DNA of 62,030 nucleotides, the filler included, from Stramenopiles sp. TOSAG23-3 (taxonomy: Eukaryota): NCBI GenBank assembly GCA_900128585.1. It is 5 parts of 5 records of this genome, joined end to end, with 100 filler letters (N's around TTAATTAATTAA, not from the genome) between each part and the next. Parts side by side here need not be neighbours in the genome. Positions count along the whole stretch, not along the records: positions 1 to 27,699 come from LT642256.1; 4 more parts are not named here. The stretch is one strand, 5' to 3'. Under the pieces are notes generated by a model. It did no database searches. It saw only the letters and a program-made list of their open reading frames with translations, and was not told where the DNA came from. This document shows positions 1 through 12,366 of the stretch, one piece after another (position 1 is the first letter of the stretch; each line of letters opens with the position of its first letter). A program made the translations under genes and the position numbers.

Positions 1-68
1 TGGACATATACATACACTACTCACTCACTCACAGCAAACCTTTTTCTATCATCCGCATCGTATCAGCT

Positions 69-1145
69 TCAGAACGGCGTGCCGGGTGGGGGGGGGGCAC
101 TGCCACTATCGCTTCCTTGACTTGCGAGTCCATCACCAAAACCCATTCTCTTCAACCTAACCGCTGCCTTCACCTTGAGCATTCCACTGCGAAGTTTTTC
201 TCGTGCATGTTGCTTCTTCAACTGAGATAAACCGGCGGTCAACGACCTTGTGCTCAAGCTGCCTAAATTCTTCTTCAGCACCCACGGGTGTGCCAAAACT
301 TCTGTGGCACTTAAGCGCCGTTCAGAATCTACGACCAACAGTTTAGACAGTAGATCTTTTGCTTCTTTGCTTACCGACTCCCATATCTCTTCTTGCATGG
401 TATACTTCCCCTTCAATATCATTTGAAACATGGCAGCTTGGCTTTCACTCCAAAATGGTGGGACACCACTTAACAAAATGTACAAAATTACACCCACGCT
501 CCACATGTCAACGGCGGAGCCGTAACCCTTCTTGCTGAGAATTTCTGGGGCTACATAGCTCGGGGAACCGCACGAAGTGTGCAACCCATTGGCAGTAAAA
601 AACTTGGCAAATCCAAAATCGGCAATTTTAACAACCCCATGCTCGCTTTTGTCCGGCAATAGTATGTTTTCTGGTTTTAAGTCGCGGTGCACAATGCCAT
701 TTTTGTGGCAGTATTCAAGAGCGCCCGCGACTGTGTAAATAACCTTGGACGCGTCCGCCTCAGTGTAGTGTTGCAAGTCAATTATGCGATCTAAAAGTTC
801 TCCACCCTCGCAGAGCTCCGTTACAATAAACACCGCCTTTGCTTCATCAAAGTAGTCGACAAGTTTGACGATATTTGGGTGGCTCAACTTTTTCATGATT
901 CCAACTTCGAGGGTGAGGTTTTCGTACTCTTCGACCGGCAAGTGCTTTTTGCGTATCACTTTCACGGCAACCTTCTTCGCATCGCCACTTCGAAGCGTCG
1001 CGACGTAGACGTTTGAAAATGCCCCTTCCCCTAATTGTTTCCCTAAGCGGTAATAATCTTTAAACGTTAAATTCTTGTGGTCTTCTTGGATTTGCTTGGC
1101 CACGTAGGATACGTCTTTGCCGCCGAATTCATCGTCGTTAGACAT
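69..1145 (-). CDS. CaMK-family Ser/Thr kinase domain, probably the C-terminal half of a PH-kinase fusion with 1138..1818
   Basis: GEGAFS, VAVK, HRDLKPEN, DFG, CGSPSYVAPE and DMWSVG motifs; basic CaM-binding-like tail (REKLRSGMLKVKAAVRL). ATG overlaps the stop of the upstream PH ORF (ATGTCTAA). Confidence 0.93.
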   Translation of the reverse strand: MSNDDEFGGKDVSYVAKQIQEDHKNLTFKDYYRLGKQLGEGAFSNVYVATLRSGDAKKVAVKVIRKKHLPVEEYENLTLEVGIMKKLSHPNIVKLVDYFDEAKAVFIVTELCEGGELLDRIIDLQHYTEADASKVIYTVAGALEYCHKNGIVHRDLKPENILLPDKSEHGVVKIADFGFAKFFTANGLHTSCGSPSYVAPEILSKKGYGSAVDMWSVGVILYILLSGVPPFWSESQAAMFQMILKGKYTMQEEIWESVSKEAKDLLSKLLVVDSERRLSATEVLAHPWVLKKNLGSLSTRSLTAGLSQLKKQHAREKLRSGMLKVKAAVRLKRMGFGDGLASQGSDSGSAPPPPGTPF

Positions 1146-1818
1146 CCAGTTTGCTCAACCCCGACTCCGTAATCATCCTCAATACTTTCGAAATCAGCTT
1201 TTTCTTTTGCGGGGTTGCGTAAGCTGATTGGTCCTGCATCGTCTTCTTTTCGACTAGCCGCAATGCAACACGACGGAGGTCTGCACCGACGGTTTGTTTG
1301 TGAAAGCATCCGGACAATATTTCCAGCAGGTTCTCTAAGCTTGCAATAACCTCGTCCGGCTTGGAGGCCAACTCCAACTCTCCCAGGCACTGGATGAACG
1401 TGTTGGTGTCGTCGTTGCTTTTCGCTTTGACTGATTCCATGTTTTCGTATATATTCCAACGGGTGCCGTTTATCATACGAATCCAGGTCTTGGCCTCCTC
1501 CTCCGAAGGCGCGATGATTGCAAAGTGTTTCTTGTACGTGGTCATGATCGTAAAGTTCAACAGTTTCTTTACGCTTGGTACAACTCCAGCAACTTCCGTC
1601 AACGGGAGCGCACCCTTCAAAGTGAAACCCTTCGGTGTGCTTGCATAGTACCCGAGCCAGTGTTGCGTCAATACGAAATGCCGCGTTTTCCAATTTGGAA
1701 CAAAGTGGCCTCTTTTCTTCAGAGAACCCTGGCAGATTGTAATCTCTTTCGAAGGCAACGCTTTCACCGGCAACGCGTTCTCCCGAGCCACTGGCTTAGA
1801 CACAGCCAGCGAAGCCAT
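1138..1818 (-). CDS. PH-domain coding region, likely the N-terminus of the kinase gene (frameshifted)
   Basis: QGSLKKRGHFVPNWKTRHFVL...LKGALPL...APSEEEAKTWIRMI is a PH-domain signature. First ATG at 1818. Confidence 0.8.
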   Translation of the reverse strand: MASLAVSKPVARENALPVKALPSKEITICQGSLKKRGHFVPNWKTRHFVLTQHWLGYYASTPKGFTLKGALPLTEVAGVVPSVKKLLNFTIMTTYKKHFAIIAPSEEEAKTWIRMINGTRWNIYENMESVKAKSNDDTNTFIQCLGELELASKPDEVIASLENLLEILSGCFHKQTVGADLRRVALRLVEKKTMQDQSAYATPQKKKLISKVLRMITESGLSKLDV

Positions 1819-2472
1819 AACAAACCCGTCTCGACTCCAATTATTAAGTAGCCCCAAAGAAAGTTAAGCTTGGTACAAACAACTAGGCAAGCAAAATATA
1901 CTCTTTTAGTATGCTTTAAATGTTTTCTTTCTGGGCCGTGCAGTACAGGAAATTCCCATCCCCTCTTCAACAAAGAAAAAATAGACACGGAAGAAAGTAA
2001 AGGAATGTACGAATGAGCAACTAAGACGACGGACGGTTGGAGGAGAGAGAGAGATAGTATTGGGGGGAGTAGAGTGTAGAGTGATGCGTTCTTCTGCTAT
2101 GGTACTTCTTCTTTCTTCTATATATATACCGTTCCAGTACATCTCCCCATAGTGTTGTCGTCGTCGGTTATTTGATAGACATCAAATATAATTTAAGTAT
2201 AATAATATAGTATACTATTCAATATACCCACCATTCGAGTATCTATATCTATATCTGGACGCAACTCCTCCTTTGTATTTATTTATTGAGTAGTAACAGT
2301 GAACACAATAGCTAATTAATTATATTTTATATTTTTAGATTTTTTATTAGATTTAATTATTGGCAGATATAGCTAAGTAGACTATATCATTTAACATAAC
2401 ATATACAACAACTGTATATTATTAATTATTCGTAACGAGCAAACAAGAAGCAAGAAAAGAAAGGAGAGGGAT

Positions 2473-2530
2473 GGAGAGAGGGAGAGAGGGAGAGAGGGAG
2501 AGAGGGAGAGAGGGAGAGAGAGAGAGAGGG
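2473..2530. repeat. (GGAGAGAG)n purine microsatellite
   Basis: Direct reading of tandem GA-rich units. Confidence 0.9.
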
Positions 2531-3097
2531 AGGGGATAATAAAATATTAATAATTTATAGATAATAGGAGAGAGAGGAGAGAAGAGAGGAGTGGAGTGGG
2601 GGGGGCGGCTAAAAAACATTTTGATTTACTTGTTATTTTAGCTATATAGTCTTTCTATACTATTAATATATAGGTCTGAAATGTATATTTCATCATAATA
2701 CGTGTAGTATATTTATAGCTTATAGGCTAGGCTATAAATAACATTATAGTGGAATGACTATTTATATGTAAATAGGTAATTGTTTAAATTATTATATACT
2801 TGTATTTTATATAAAACAATACAACACTTTCACACCATCACACCACCAATCTCATAATACCCACACTGCATCNNNTGATGAGTGGTGCCGTTGATTTCTC
2901 AATCATAAGCTAGTGCATTCTTTCTTCTATATATGGCAGAACATTCTATTCGAAAATTTATATTCTTGCATTTTGTACAGAGAGATACATTCAAGCCTTG
3001 CAAACAGTGTCTTTCGTTCATCACTTTTTACCTTAGTGAACGCAAGTGACGATATCTTTTGGCTGTTTTTCAATATTCCCAGTAAGTTGTAACAACG

Positions 3098-3289
3098 ATG
3101 GCGAAAGGAAAAGCAAAAACCGTGCTGGTGCAGCTCCTCAGCAGTGCGGGGACCGGGTTCTTTTATACTACCCGGAAAAATCCTAGGACGGTGACGCGCA
3201 AGCTTGCATTTAGAAAGTACGATCCAATAGTTCGACAGCATGTTTTGTTCACTGAAAAGAAGTTACCAAGTGGTAAAAAAAGGACCTAA
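3098..3289 (+). CDS. MRPL33: Ribosomal protein bL33 (probably mitochondrial)
   Basis: [16 protein letters not shown]...[21 protein letters not shown] matches the bL33 consensus. Confidence 0.92.
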   Translation: MAKGKAKTVLVQLLSSAGTGFFYTTRKNPRTVTRKLAFRKYDPIVRQHVLFTEKKLPSGKKRT

Positions 3290-3755
3290 AGAGTAAACCA
3301 GTCAGCCCGCCGGGACGACAATTGGTCGGGTCGGACACACACGCCAAGCTGTGTTTTCGTCCAAATGTACGTACACGCACGCTTGCAGGACTTAATAGTC
3401 AGGATGGATCGCGCTTACAAGCGATCTGGCATGCGGTTGGTAAAAGAGGGGGGGAGGTGGAGGCAATTGAAGATGTTGTAAGATAAGGTTAACACATGTA
3501 AATAGAAGTTAGTAATTCCATGCATATCATCTATCATTTTGATTTGTTTGATTTTATAAAATTTTAGCCAGAAAAAGGAATGCGTCCTATGTATGCCCCC
3601 CTGCTGCAGATGAAAGCGCTTCATTGTAATCTGAGATACAGGAGGGGATGCTCAGATTCGGGGAGTGGGAAATAATCTTGGGAAGCATGAAGACGCGTCG
3701 AAAATGTTTGGTAAGGTACACTCGTTAAGAATTAGGCTTTACACAAATGCTTTAA

Positions 3756-6526
3756 CTAAATGGTTGCTTTGGCTTTCCTTGATTCGCCGTCTCCCTCTTT
3801 ACTGTTTACACCAACGTCCTTCTCTTCATCTCCGTCTTCTTTTTCTTCGTCGTCCTCAAGTTCCCCTCTCATCATCTGAAAGTCGGCCTTCGCCTTCTTT
3901 TCTTTCTCTTCTCGTATTTTTGCGTGGTACTCTTCAAACACCTGCTTGCCTTTCTCCGTCTCGAAATGTTTGTACTCAATTTTGGTCCCTGTGTAATGCT
4001 CATATGCTTGCCCGATTCTCGTCTCAATCAGAATCAACTGCTCCATAATCTGGCGCAGGGATCGCTGTTGGCCTTTCAGCACCACGCTAAACCGCTTGAA
4101 GTCTTCTTCCAGGTGGGTCCTGAACACAAAAATGGCGCTATGGAGCACATCACCACTCATTACATCTCTGTTCCAATTTTCCATGGCAAAGACTCCATCG
4201 CTCTCTTCGACCTGTGCCAACAGCCGTTCATGGTGCGCTTGAGCTTTTGCACCCTTTGCACCACCGTTCTGGACATATTCTTCCAAAGAGGTTGCCTTTG
4301 ACCACATTCTTTGTTTTAGCAGGGCCGTCACTTCGGGGACGCGGTGCAAATGAATTCGCTGCAAGTTCATCAGCCGCATACACGAAGGATCTAGTTCGTC
4401 GGGCTCAACGGTACCGTCTAACGCTTCTCTCAACTCTGCGTAACTCAAATATCCTTTATCGATCAGTTCCGGGGAACTCTTCAAACGAGCAAGAATATTG
4501 TATTCATCCTTTCGGTATAGGTAGAGGAACCATAGTTTCCCAAGGCAGCTGTTGTGCCAGGTCTTTGGAATGTGATCGTCGATCATTTTCTGCATTTTGC
4601 CCAGTTCCGCTTCCATCTCCTCGTCCCGTTCGATTTCTCTTAACACGCGGGAGTACGCACTTATAAGCATTGCCACGAGGATTCGCGTAAGCAAAAAGTA
4701 AAAGCAGACGTTGAAAGCTATGTAGAAGAAGCTCCCGCCTGCAAAAAATATGGACGCATGCAGCCCGGCATATTCGAGGGATTCATAGCCGGTCTTGTAC
4801 GTTAAATCGGTGACGCTTGTGCTGCTCTGCTCATAAAGCCCGATCATGTAATTAAACAACGTCATTGCCGAGCGGGTCAGCGAGTGAAACTCAAACAGGG
4901 TCGCGCCAAACCCTATGTGCGCGGAAAACGCGAATGAAAAGAAGAGGAGCCCAGAAATCAAAATCCAGCTAAACAACTCACGGGCGGCAACTTCCAAAAC
5001 GTGAACTATCATAGATAACCGGACGACGACGCGCGTGAGCTTGAAGTACTTGATGAAAACTAGCATCCCGTTTACGCCCGTCAGTAGGCGTTCACTCTCA
5101 AATAGCCAGGAGAGTTGGTAAAAGTTGACGTACTCGTTTGTGTTGCCATAACTGTCAAAGTTGATCACGATCGGGGACGTCTGTTCCCAGGCGAGCCGGT
5201 TCAAAAATTGCAACGTGAGAAGGGATAAATTCACGACGTCAATCAAGTCCCAGATGTCGGACTCTTTGTAGTAATACACCATCCTGTAAATGAACCAGAG
5301 AAATGCCAAGACTACCCACATGCTGAACATAACGCGGTTTATGTCGTCGCTCTCTTGGCTGGGCCGTTTGTACTGGTTTCCAGGCATTTTGAAAGGTCGA
5401 AAAATTGCACCGCTGTTGATGAAACCGCTAGGAGGGCATTCGAAATACATTTGGGCGTACATGAAAATATTCAGGTGGGCATTGTAAGTTGTCATCGACA
5501 ATGTGACGAACGCGGTCGAATCATCAACCCAAGAGTCCTCGACTAATTGGTCGATGATGTCGTTGACTTGTTCGGAATTATCCCGTGGAAGGTCGACTGC
5601 AAACCCGCCATGCTCGTAATTCCCATACAACCCCGGCCATGGCGTCAGCGAGGTCGGAGCATTGAAGGTTGACTCCCCGTCGACAGGGACCATATACTTG
5701 GAAACAACCAGCTCAGACTCTTCCCTGTACTTGTACTTTCCACCCACACGTTCTACCATGGGCGCTGAATTCCACGCTGCTTTGGCTGTCCCTGGGCCAT
5801 AATCTTTTTTGTCCGTATTAGACGGGGCGTGTGAAGTAAAACAACTGGAGGCTGAAATCGCCGAGCCCAGTGCCGGGTTTATCACGCACGAATCGGTTTT
5901 AGTCCTCACTTGCTGCAACCGAATGGCCCCTATGACTCTGTTGTGCAAACCGATGTACCCCAACGACGTGTTTTTGCCATACGGGCCATACGGCGACGAA
6001 ACGAATGCTTTCTTCATCCATGGCAGGATGTTTTCTCTGCTGCCCACATTCGCCATGGTGCGTTTGGGGATCGCCCCCGACCTCTCGTCGAAAGACTCGG
6101 TTCCCAGCAAGTACGGGTACTCCACTATTGCCTGCAGGTATGCGTCTTTCACGTGCACGGCCTCGTTTACCGCCACGTTGTTCCACGTATACAGCAAAAA
6201 ATTAATAACAAAAATTGTGTAGCCTATCAATTGCATGTGGAGGGACCTTTGGGTTCTATAATGTTCCAACATCTCTATCCCGTAGCCCACAAGGAAAAAA
6301 CGGTGCTTAAAAAAGTGGGGAGTGCCCTCTTGGGAGTTCTCGAACTGGATTCTTTCTTGACTCGTTTCCTCTTTGGCGTCTTCTGTCGGTTTCGGGGGCA
6401 AATGGTCTTCGAACGGCAGCTCCCTTTTCTTCCAAATCAGTTCAAACGCATCGTAAAACAGTGTCCCACCATCATCTTGCCTCCACCGCCTTTACGCGTA
6501 CTGCCCCGGTTGGATACTTGTGCCAT
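3756..6526 (-). CDS. PKD2: Polycystin-2 (TRPP/PKD2)-like cation channel; 5' end needs a frameshift or small intron
   Basis: NRVIGAIRLQQVRT...C, Y..GGF..DL and W.D..T..V....T.YN..LN polycystin TOP-domain motifs; six TM-like segments; FAFSAHIGFG...F.S...S..TLF pore region. Frame open to about 6491; natural ATG (MAQVSNRGSTRKGGGG) at 6526 is in another frame. Confidence 0.85.
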
Positions 6527-7366
6527 GAGGTCAATCTCTCAAATAACCAAAGCAGACAGACAGTCACACGCAGGCAGCCTCCTCCTTCCTATACCCAAAA
6601 CGCCTTGCCCAAACGAATACCTCGCTGTATATACACTTCAAGTAGTAATTTTTTGTTCTCCTTTAACCAACCTCGTCAACGAACGGCTTTAGTTTTGCAT
6701 TTCGTTTGGTTTAATTCAGCGGCCAATTTGCTTACCTAAAAGAATTACATTATCATATACTATTTCTTCCAGTATACAGTACGGTACTAAAAAATGAGAA
6801 TGAATGATGATAATAAATTATATATTATTATTATTCATATTATAGAGAAGAAGAGTATTTTAATAATAAAGAAGAAGAAGAAGAGAGGAAGAAGTTGTTG
6901 TTGTTCCTACAACAAGAGTTTATTATTTTATTATATTTTTTAGTACCAAAATAAAAAAGGTATTTTATTTTAAGTTAAATTAGTATTGATATATAGTTTT
7001 AATACCCTGTTGTTAGTTGTTTTGTATTTAATTTTATAAATCTAATAAAGACAGGAGGATTATTTAAATGTATAATTATCATAGGAGGAGCACAACTAAC
7101 TAATCTCATCCATCACAAACGACTATATTTATATAGACTATATAATAAGAAACGACGATAATTAATTTTAATAGTACCGTATATACTATTAGGCTATAGT
7201 AAATATAATGAGGTAACAACAAAAGAGCAAAAATATACAGAAATTATTATTTTATATAATTTTAGCTCTGCTGTGATTGTATTCTGTCCTATTATATATA
7301 GTCTAATAGTTTAAATAGATAGTCGTCGTCTAAAACAATGCAAATTAAATCTCTCTCCTGCCTCTT

Positions 7367-7414
7367 TTCCTTCCTTCCTTCCTTCCTTCCTTCCTTCCTT
7401 CCTTCCTTCCTTCC
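7367..7414. repeat. (TTCC)n microsatellite
   Basis: About 12 tandem TTCC units. Confidence 0.92.
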
Positions 7415-7870
7415 TTTGGGGTATGAGGACTCCTCGTAGAGGTATTATACCGGTACCTGTACCGTACGAGTACGAATTAATACCGTAGCAGGAGCAGAAG
7501 AAGAGAAATATTTTTAAAAAATTATTATTATTTTTTTTTTCTTCTTCCTCCACCATTGGATTATTACTCATCATCAAGATATGTTGTTGATTGAAAAAAG
7601 TGTCTGTCGATGTTTCGGTCTTTCTATCTATTTATTAACTTCTTATTTTTCTTTAATTGATTGTTATTTAGTACCACCAGTGCGAGGGAGTTCAGCAAGA
7701 TCTAAACAAGCCACCCACAAAGTTTCTATTTGCACCACCCCTGCCCACAAAACCTAAGCGAAGCGCCTAGCCTCCCCTCCCCGTTTACCGTGTCAAATTG
7801 TTCAGTCCGATATACCAACGGGAGGTGAAGATTTGTAGCCCGTAGATACAACACATTTTCCACGGCTAAG

Positions 7871-9268
7871 ATGGTATCGTATCGGGTCGAAACCGATAGT
7901 ATGGGAGATATTAAAGTGGATGATGCGAAATTGTGGGGTGCCCAAACCCAACGGAGCATGCAAAATTTCGATATTGGTTCTGCTGCAACGCAGATGCCAA
8001 TAGAAATCGTACAGGCGATGGCGATAGTGAAATATTCAGCAGCCGTGGCGAACTTCAAGCTTGGGAAGCTAGGGGACCAAAAGATGAAAATGATCACCAA
8101 AGCGGCCCAAGAGATCGTGGATGGGTTTTTGGACACTCATTTCCCACTCGTGGTTTGGCAGACCGGCAGCGGCACCCAGTCAAACATGAATGTCAACGAG
8201 GTTATATCGAACCGATGCAGCGATTACAGCGGTACCCCCAGGGGCAGCAAAACCCCGGTGCACCCGAACGACCACGTTAACATGAGCCAGTCTTCCAACG
8301 ATAGTTTCCCCACCGCTATGCACATCGCATTGACCAAAATGGTCGTAGAAAGATTTTTGCCATCGATACGGAAGCTCAGAGACACGTTTGACAAGAAGTC
8401 GAAACAATTTAAAAGTATAGTAAAAATTGGCAGGACGCATCTCATGGATGCGACCCCAGTGACTCTTGGCCAGGAATTTTCTGGGTATGTGGCTCAGCTT
8501 GATTATGGTATCAAAGCAGTAAACAGCGCCTTGCCCCAGCTTTACGAAGTAGCTCTCGGTGGAACCGCCGTTGGGACGGGGCTGAATACCCACCCCGAGT
8601 GGGCAAAAACGGTCGCCAACGAGATTGCGACGTTTACAAACTTGCCGTTCAAAACTGCCCCCAACAAGTTTGAGGCATTGTCTGCTCATGATGCAATTGT
8701 AGAAATGAGCGGGGCATTTAATCGCGTTGCGGTGAGCCTGATGAAGATTGCGAACGATATTCGATGGTCCAGCAGTGGGCCTCGCTGCGGAATTCAGGAA
8801 CTTGAGTTGCCTGCAAATGAGCCTGGGAGCAGCATAATGCCGGGCAAAGTGAACCCAACGCAATGCGAGGCCATTACAATGGTGTGTGCCCAAGTTATGG
8901 GCAACAATACGACGGTATCAATAGCCGGCTCTCAAGGCAATTTCCAGCTGAACGTCTACAAGCCGGTAATGATATTCAATGCTCTGCAATCGTGCAAGTT
9001 GCTGGCCGACGCGGCTCGCGCCTTTGAGCGCAACTGTGTCGCTGGTATAAATGCTAAACGAGACCAGTTGGATAAAAATTTACGAAGTTCGCTCATGCTA
9101 GTAACGGCGTTAAACCAGCACATTGGGTACGACAAAGCATCCAAGGTTGCGAAAAAAGCGTACGCCGAAAACACAACGTTGAAAGAGGCAATCCTTGCCT
9201 TAGGGTTCATGACCAGTGAAGAATTCGACAATGCGGTCGTCCCTGAAAAAATGGTAGGTGCATTGTAG
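7871..9268 (+). CDS. FH: Class II fumarate hydratase
   Basis: [38 protein letters not shown] and [11 protein letters not shown] signature. Confidence 0.97.
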   Translation: MVSYRVETDSMGDIKVDDAKLWGAQTQRSMQNFDIGSAATQMPIEIVQAMAIVKYSAAVANFKLGKLGDQKMKMITKAAQEIVDGFLDTHFPLVVWQTGSGTQSNMNVNEVISNRCSDYSGTPRGSKTPVHPNDHVNMSQSSNDSFPTAMHIALTKMVVERFLPSIRKLRDTFDKKSKQFKSIVKIGRTHLMDATPVTLGQEFSGYVAQLDYGIKAVNSALPQLYEVALGGTAVGTGLNTHPEWAKTVANEIATFTNLPFKTAPNKFEALSAHDAIVEMSGAFNRVAVSLMKIANDIRWSSSGPRCGIQELELPANEPGSSIMPGKVNPTQCEAITMVCAQVMGNNTTVSIAGSQGNFQLNVYKPVMIFNALQSCKLLADAARAFERNCVAGINAKRDQLDKNLRSSLMLVTALNQHIGYDKASKVAKKAYAENTTLKEAILALGFMTSEEFDNAVVPEKMVGAL

Positions 9269-9294
9269 GCGAAACACACCCTGGCATCTCTGGG

Positions 9295-9890
9295 CAAGGG
9301 TATATTGATTACTAAAAAATCACAACAGTAGAGATTAGTACGCAGTACATTAATTTTAATTACTCAAATAATAACAGCCAATTTTTTGTTTTTAATCCTA
9401 AATCTAGATTTCAGTTCGCAGTACATTTTAATTTTAATTACTTAAATAACAGCCAATTTTCTTGTTTTATTATCATATATCATATTCCCTATAAATTACT
9501 TTAAAAGCTTTTTAATTTATATGACACCCCCGGCACCCCAACTCACAAATGACAATCCCTTAACCGATTTACATGGCAGACAACGAGCACCTCTAAAACA
9601 ATTACGCCGCTGCTTACACCGGATGAGGAAGTTGATTATGGGTCATGTGGAAGCAGTGCTAATCCACCTACTGATTCAGATCATAAATGGAGTACATCTG
9701 AGAATGATACGAGGAGTAGTCAAGACTAAGTGACAAGGGTATATCGATTTAGTAAGACCAAAAGAGCAAAGATAAGTTCGCAGTTCATGAAGGAATGTAT
9801 CTAGAGAGTGTGTCTAAATCTAGATTTCAGTTCGCAGTACATTAATTTTAATTATGTTACTTAAATAACAGCCAATTTTCTTGATTTTAA
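9295..9890 (+). repeat. Uncharacterised repeat element, copy 1: direct repeats (9295-9468, 9734-9888) flanking a degenerate coding-like core
   Basis: CAAGGGTATATYGATT...GATWAGTWCGCAGTWCAT at 9295 and 9734. Core CGCAGTACATTAATTTTAATTACTTAAATAACAGCCAATTTTCTTG (with variants) at 9341, 9417 and 9833. Interior homologous to 15085-15220 (reverse). Confidence 0.8.
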
Positions 9891-9981
9891 TTTATATGAT
9901 ATGATAGTAATTTCTTAAAAACAAACACATGTGGTCATATCATTAATTGTTATTTTACAGGCAGTTGTAAAATGATGCTCC

Positions 9982-11747
9982 TCATTTAGTCAACTGAACG
10001 GTGTGATACAGGGAATCGTCCTTGTCGCTATACATGTTGATCGCAAGTTCCTTCCCAAATTTACTAATTACGAGCTCGTTCCACCCAAAATTGTCCAGCT
10101 TGTAGTCCACCCAGCCTGGCACCGTAGTGTTCGAAAAATACTTCGTAAGAGATTGGCCTCCATTGCCGATGACCACGTGGACAGGTGCTTTCCCTGGCGC
10201 CACACATGTCCCATTGCTCACGGGGCATGTTGAAAGCAGATTGTGGACATGCCCCCACAAGCAAACGTCGACACCGGATTGAATAAAGAGCGTTTCTAAT
10301 TCTGGAAAATTAGCCACCCCACCCCCGTAGACATGATAGCCGCCGTGTCCACCAAAGTACATCGGTCGGTGCTTTTGAAATGATAATGGGGTTGTTAGAA
10401 AGTGTTGGAGGATGTCAGAGGTTTGAACAATTTCAGATTTACTATACTTACGCCCATGACAACTACCCACGGGGTATTTGTCCGGTTGACTGCCTTCAAA
10501 TCGTTTTTTAGAAACGCGTACTGCGCGCTGCCTGGCCCAAGTGCAATTTCCGTGTCGATCATCACCATGTGTACCAGCCCCAATATGTCGAATGAATACC
10601 AAAATCGATCCGAGTTGTGGTCCGGCGTTGGCATCCGAAAACGATGCCGGGTCGCAATGCCACATTCGCCGCCACTGTCGTTCCCCCCGATGGATCCTGT
10701 GTCGCTAAAATCGCGTTCGTGATTGCCAAGCCCCACCATATATGGCATGGAAGCGGACAGTGGCTCGATTTGTGTCATAAAATTCTCCCACTTGCTTTCG
10801 TACCCTGTTGCATAAGCAAGATCGCCAATGTGCACGGCCAAATCTGCATTCGCGGCACCGCGCATCAGTCGGTACGTGGAGGAGGCATTGGGCTCTTCCC
10901 AATGGTAGTGGCTGCCATCCAGCTGGGTCGCACCCACATCTGCAGTCACAAGTATCTTAACCTTTTCTCGTGGCGTTTCCAAGGTTGCTGGGGATTTCTG
11001 CGTGAATGAGTGAACCGCCGACCATCCCGCCGCATCGCTTCCCACGCGGTAAAAGCATTCTTTTTCCGTGCCCGCCTTGCCGGCGATCGCTGGGATTACA
11101 GCATAAAATGAAAATCCTGGCTCAAACCAACCGCTCCCATTGCCTGGGGGACCACAAAGATCTTCCCGACCGTAGGTCTCTACGTAGCCGGCCTCAGCTT
11201 TGCTGGAAAGCGTGTTCTTGGAGTACCCATACTCAATCGACGCAGCTGTCGGCTCTTTGGCAGTCCAGCCGACCATCATTTCACCCAAGTTCCGCGTCAA
11301 ACTAAGCCGTAAATGCATCGGGGAGTTAGGGGATTTCACTACGATCCGGTCGGAGCGGCCCGCTTCCGTTGGGGTAACCATGCCCCCATCAAACAGGGCA
11401 AAGAACACGTCTTGGCGGTAGTTGTTCATCAGAAAAGCGTACTTGCCTTTTCCAGTTTCCTCCCCCCCCCCCTGGTTGCACAAAATAAATTTGATCGGGG
11501 CGGTACTGACAAACGGCTGCGTCGATACTACACCTTCCTTTTGAATGGTTGTCATGTGCGGAGTGCCCACAGGAGCAAACAGCCCCACCCAACAATCACT
11601 GTTATAATTTGACCCGGTGTATTCCCATGACGCTTCGACCCAATCACCAGCACCAAAGCTCGTCGCGTTTGCGGTAATCAGCATCCCTGCCGCGGACGAC
11701 GGGAACGTGGCAACAAGGAGGGCGAGCAACGTGACGGGAGAGAACAT
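9982..11747 (-). CDS. Secreted purple acid phosphatase / metallophosphoesterase, two exons (11747-10452, 10371-9982)
   Basis: Signal peptide; ADVG, HIGDLAYA, GLGNHE and GHVH metal-binding motifs. Splicing restores the conserved VVVMGHRPMY. Confidence 0.92.
10372..10451 (-). other. 80-nt spliceosomal intron
   Basis: GTAAGT donor, CTAAC branch site, AAAG acceptor; removal joins the two frames exactly (ATG GGC | CAC CGA CCG). Confidence 0.9.
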
Positions 11748-12366
11748 GTTTGAGCAATAATTATGGCAATGTGTTCGGTTCTGTTGCAAAATATGTGACT
11801 ATTTTCTTTGTAATTGCTCTTGTGAACGTAGAAACTGGCGACGAAGTGAGCTTTGTTTTCAATCCCCCAATGTGCTTGAAGAATACATACAGTACACTTA
11901 CCTATCCATCATCACATTTTGAAAAATTACCGTAGACGACTAGAGAAAGGTCGGTGGTGGGGGAACTACTGTCACACCACCACCTACTTCTGGTACAACA
12001 GGTAGGTATTAAATATTATCTGTCTTGAGATACAAAAAGACGACTATTAATATTATTAAATGAGAATAATGTAATGTAGAAAGAAGAGAGAAAAAGAAAA
12101 GAAGAAGAAGAAGAAAGATTATTATTGTTTCTTCTTCTATCTCTCATAATAAAATTATTACCAAGCAGCAGCACAGCAGTGTACCGGTACCGGTACAGGT
12201 ACCAGGTACAATGGAACATCACATTGTAGTATTGAACTGCCCCTATATCTATATATATTATAATATTTTTTATTATTTGGGTATCCTCCATGCGCACATT
12301 CGACAAGATTTAAGAAAAAAACGAAACGAAACGAAACGGAAAGAAAACGAAAAAGAGGAGGCCTCC

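Noticed and set aside
9295..9890. CRISPR-like array
   Set aside because: Units are imperfect and variable in length, spacers are not of uniform length, there are no cas-like genes, and the context is eukaryotic.
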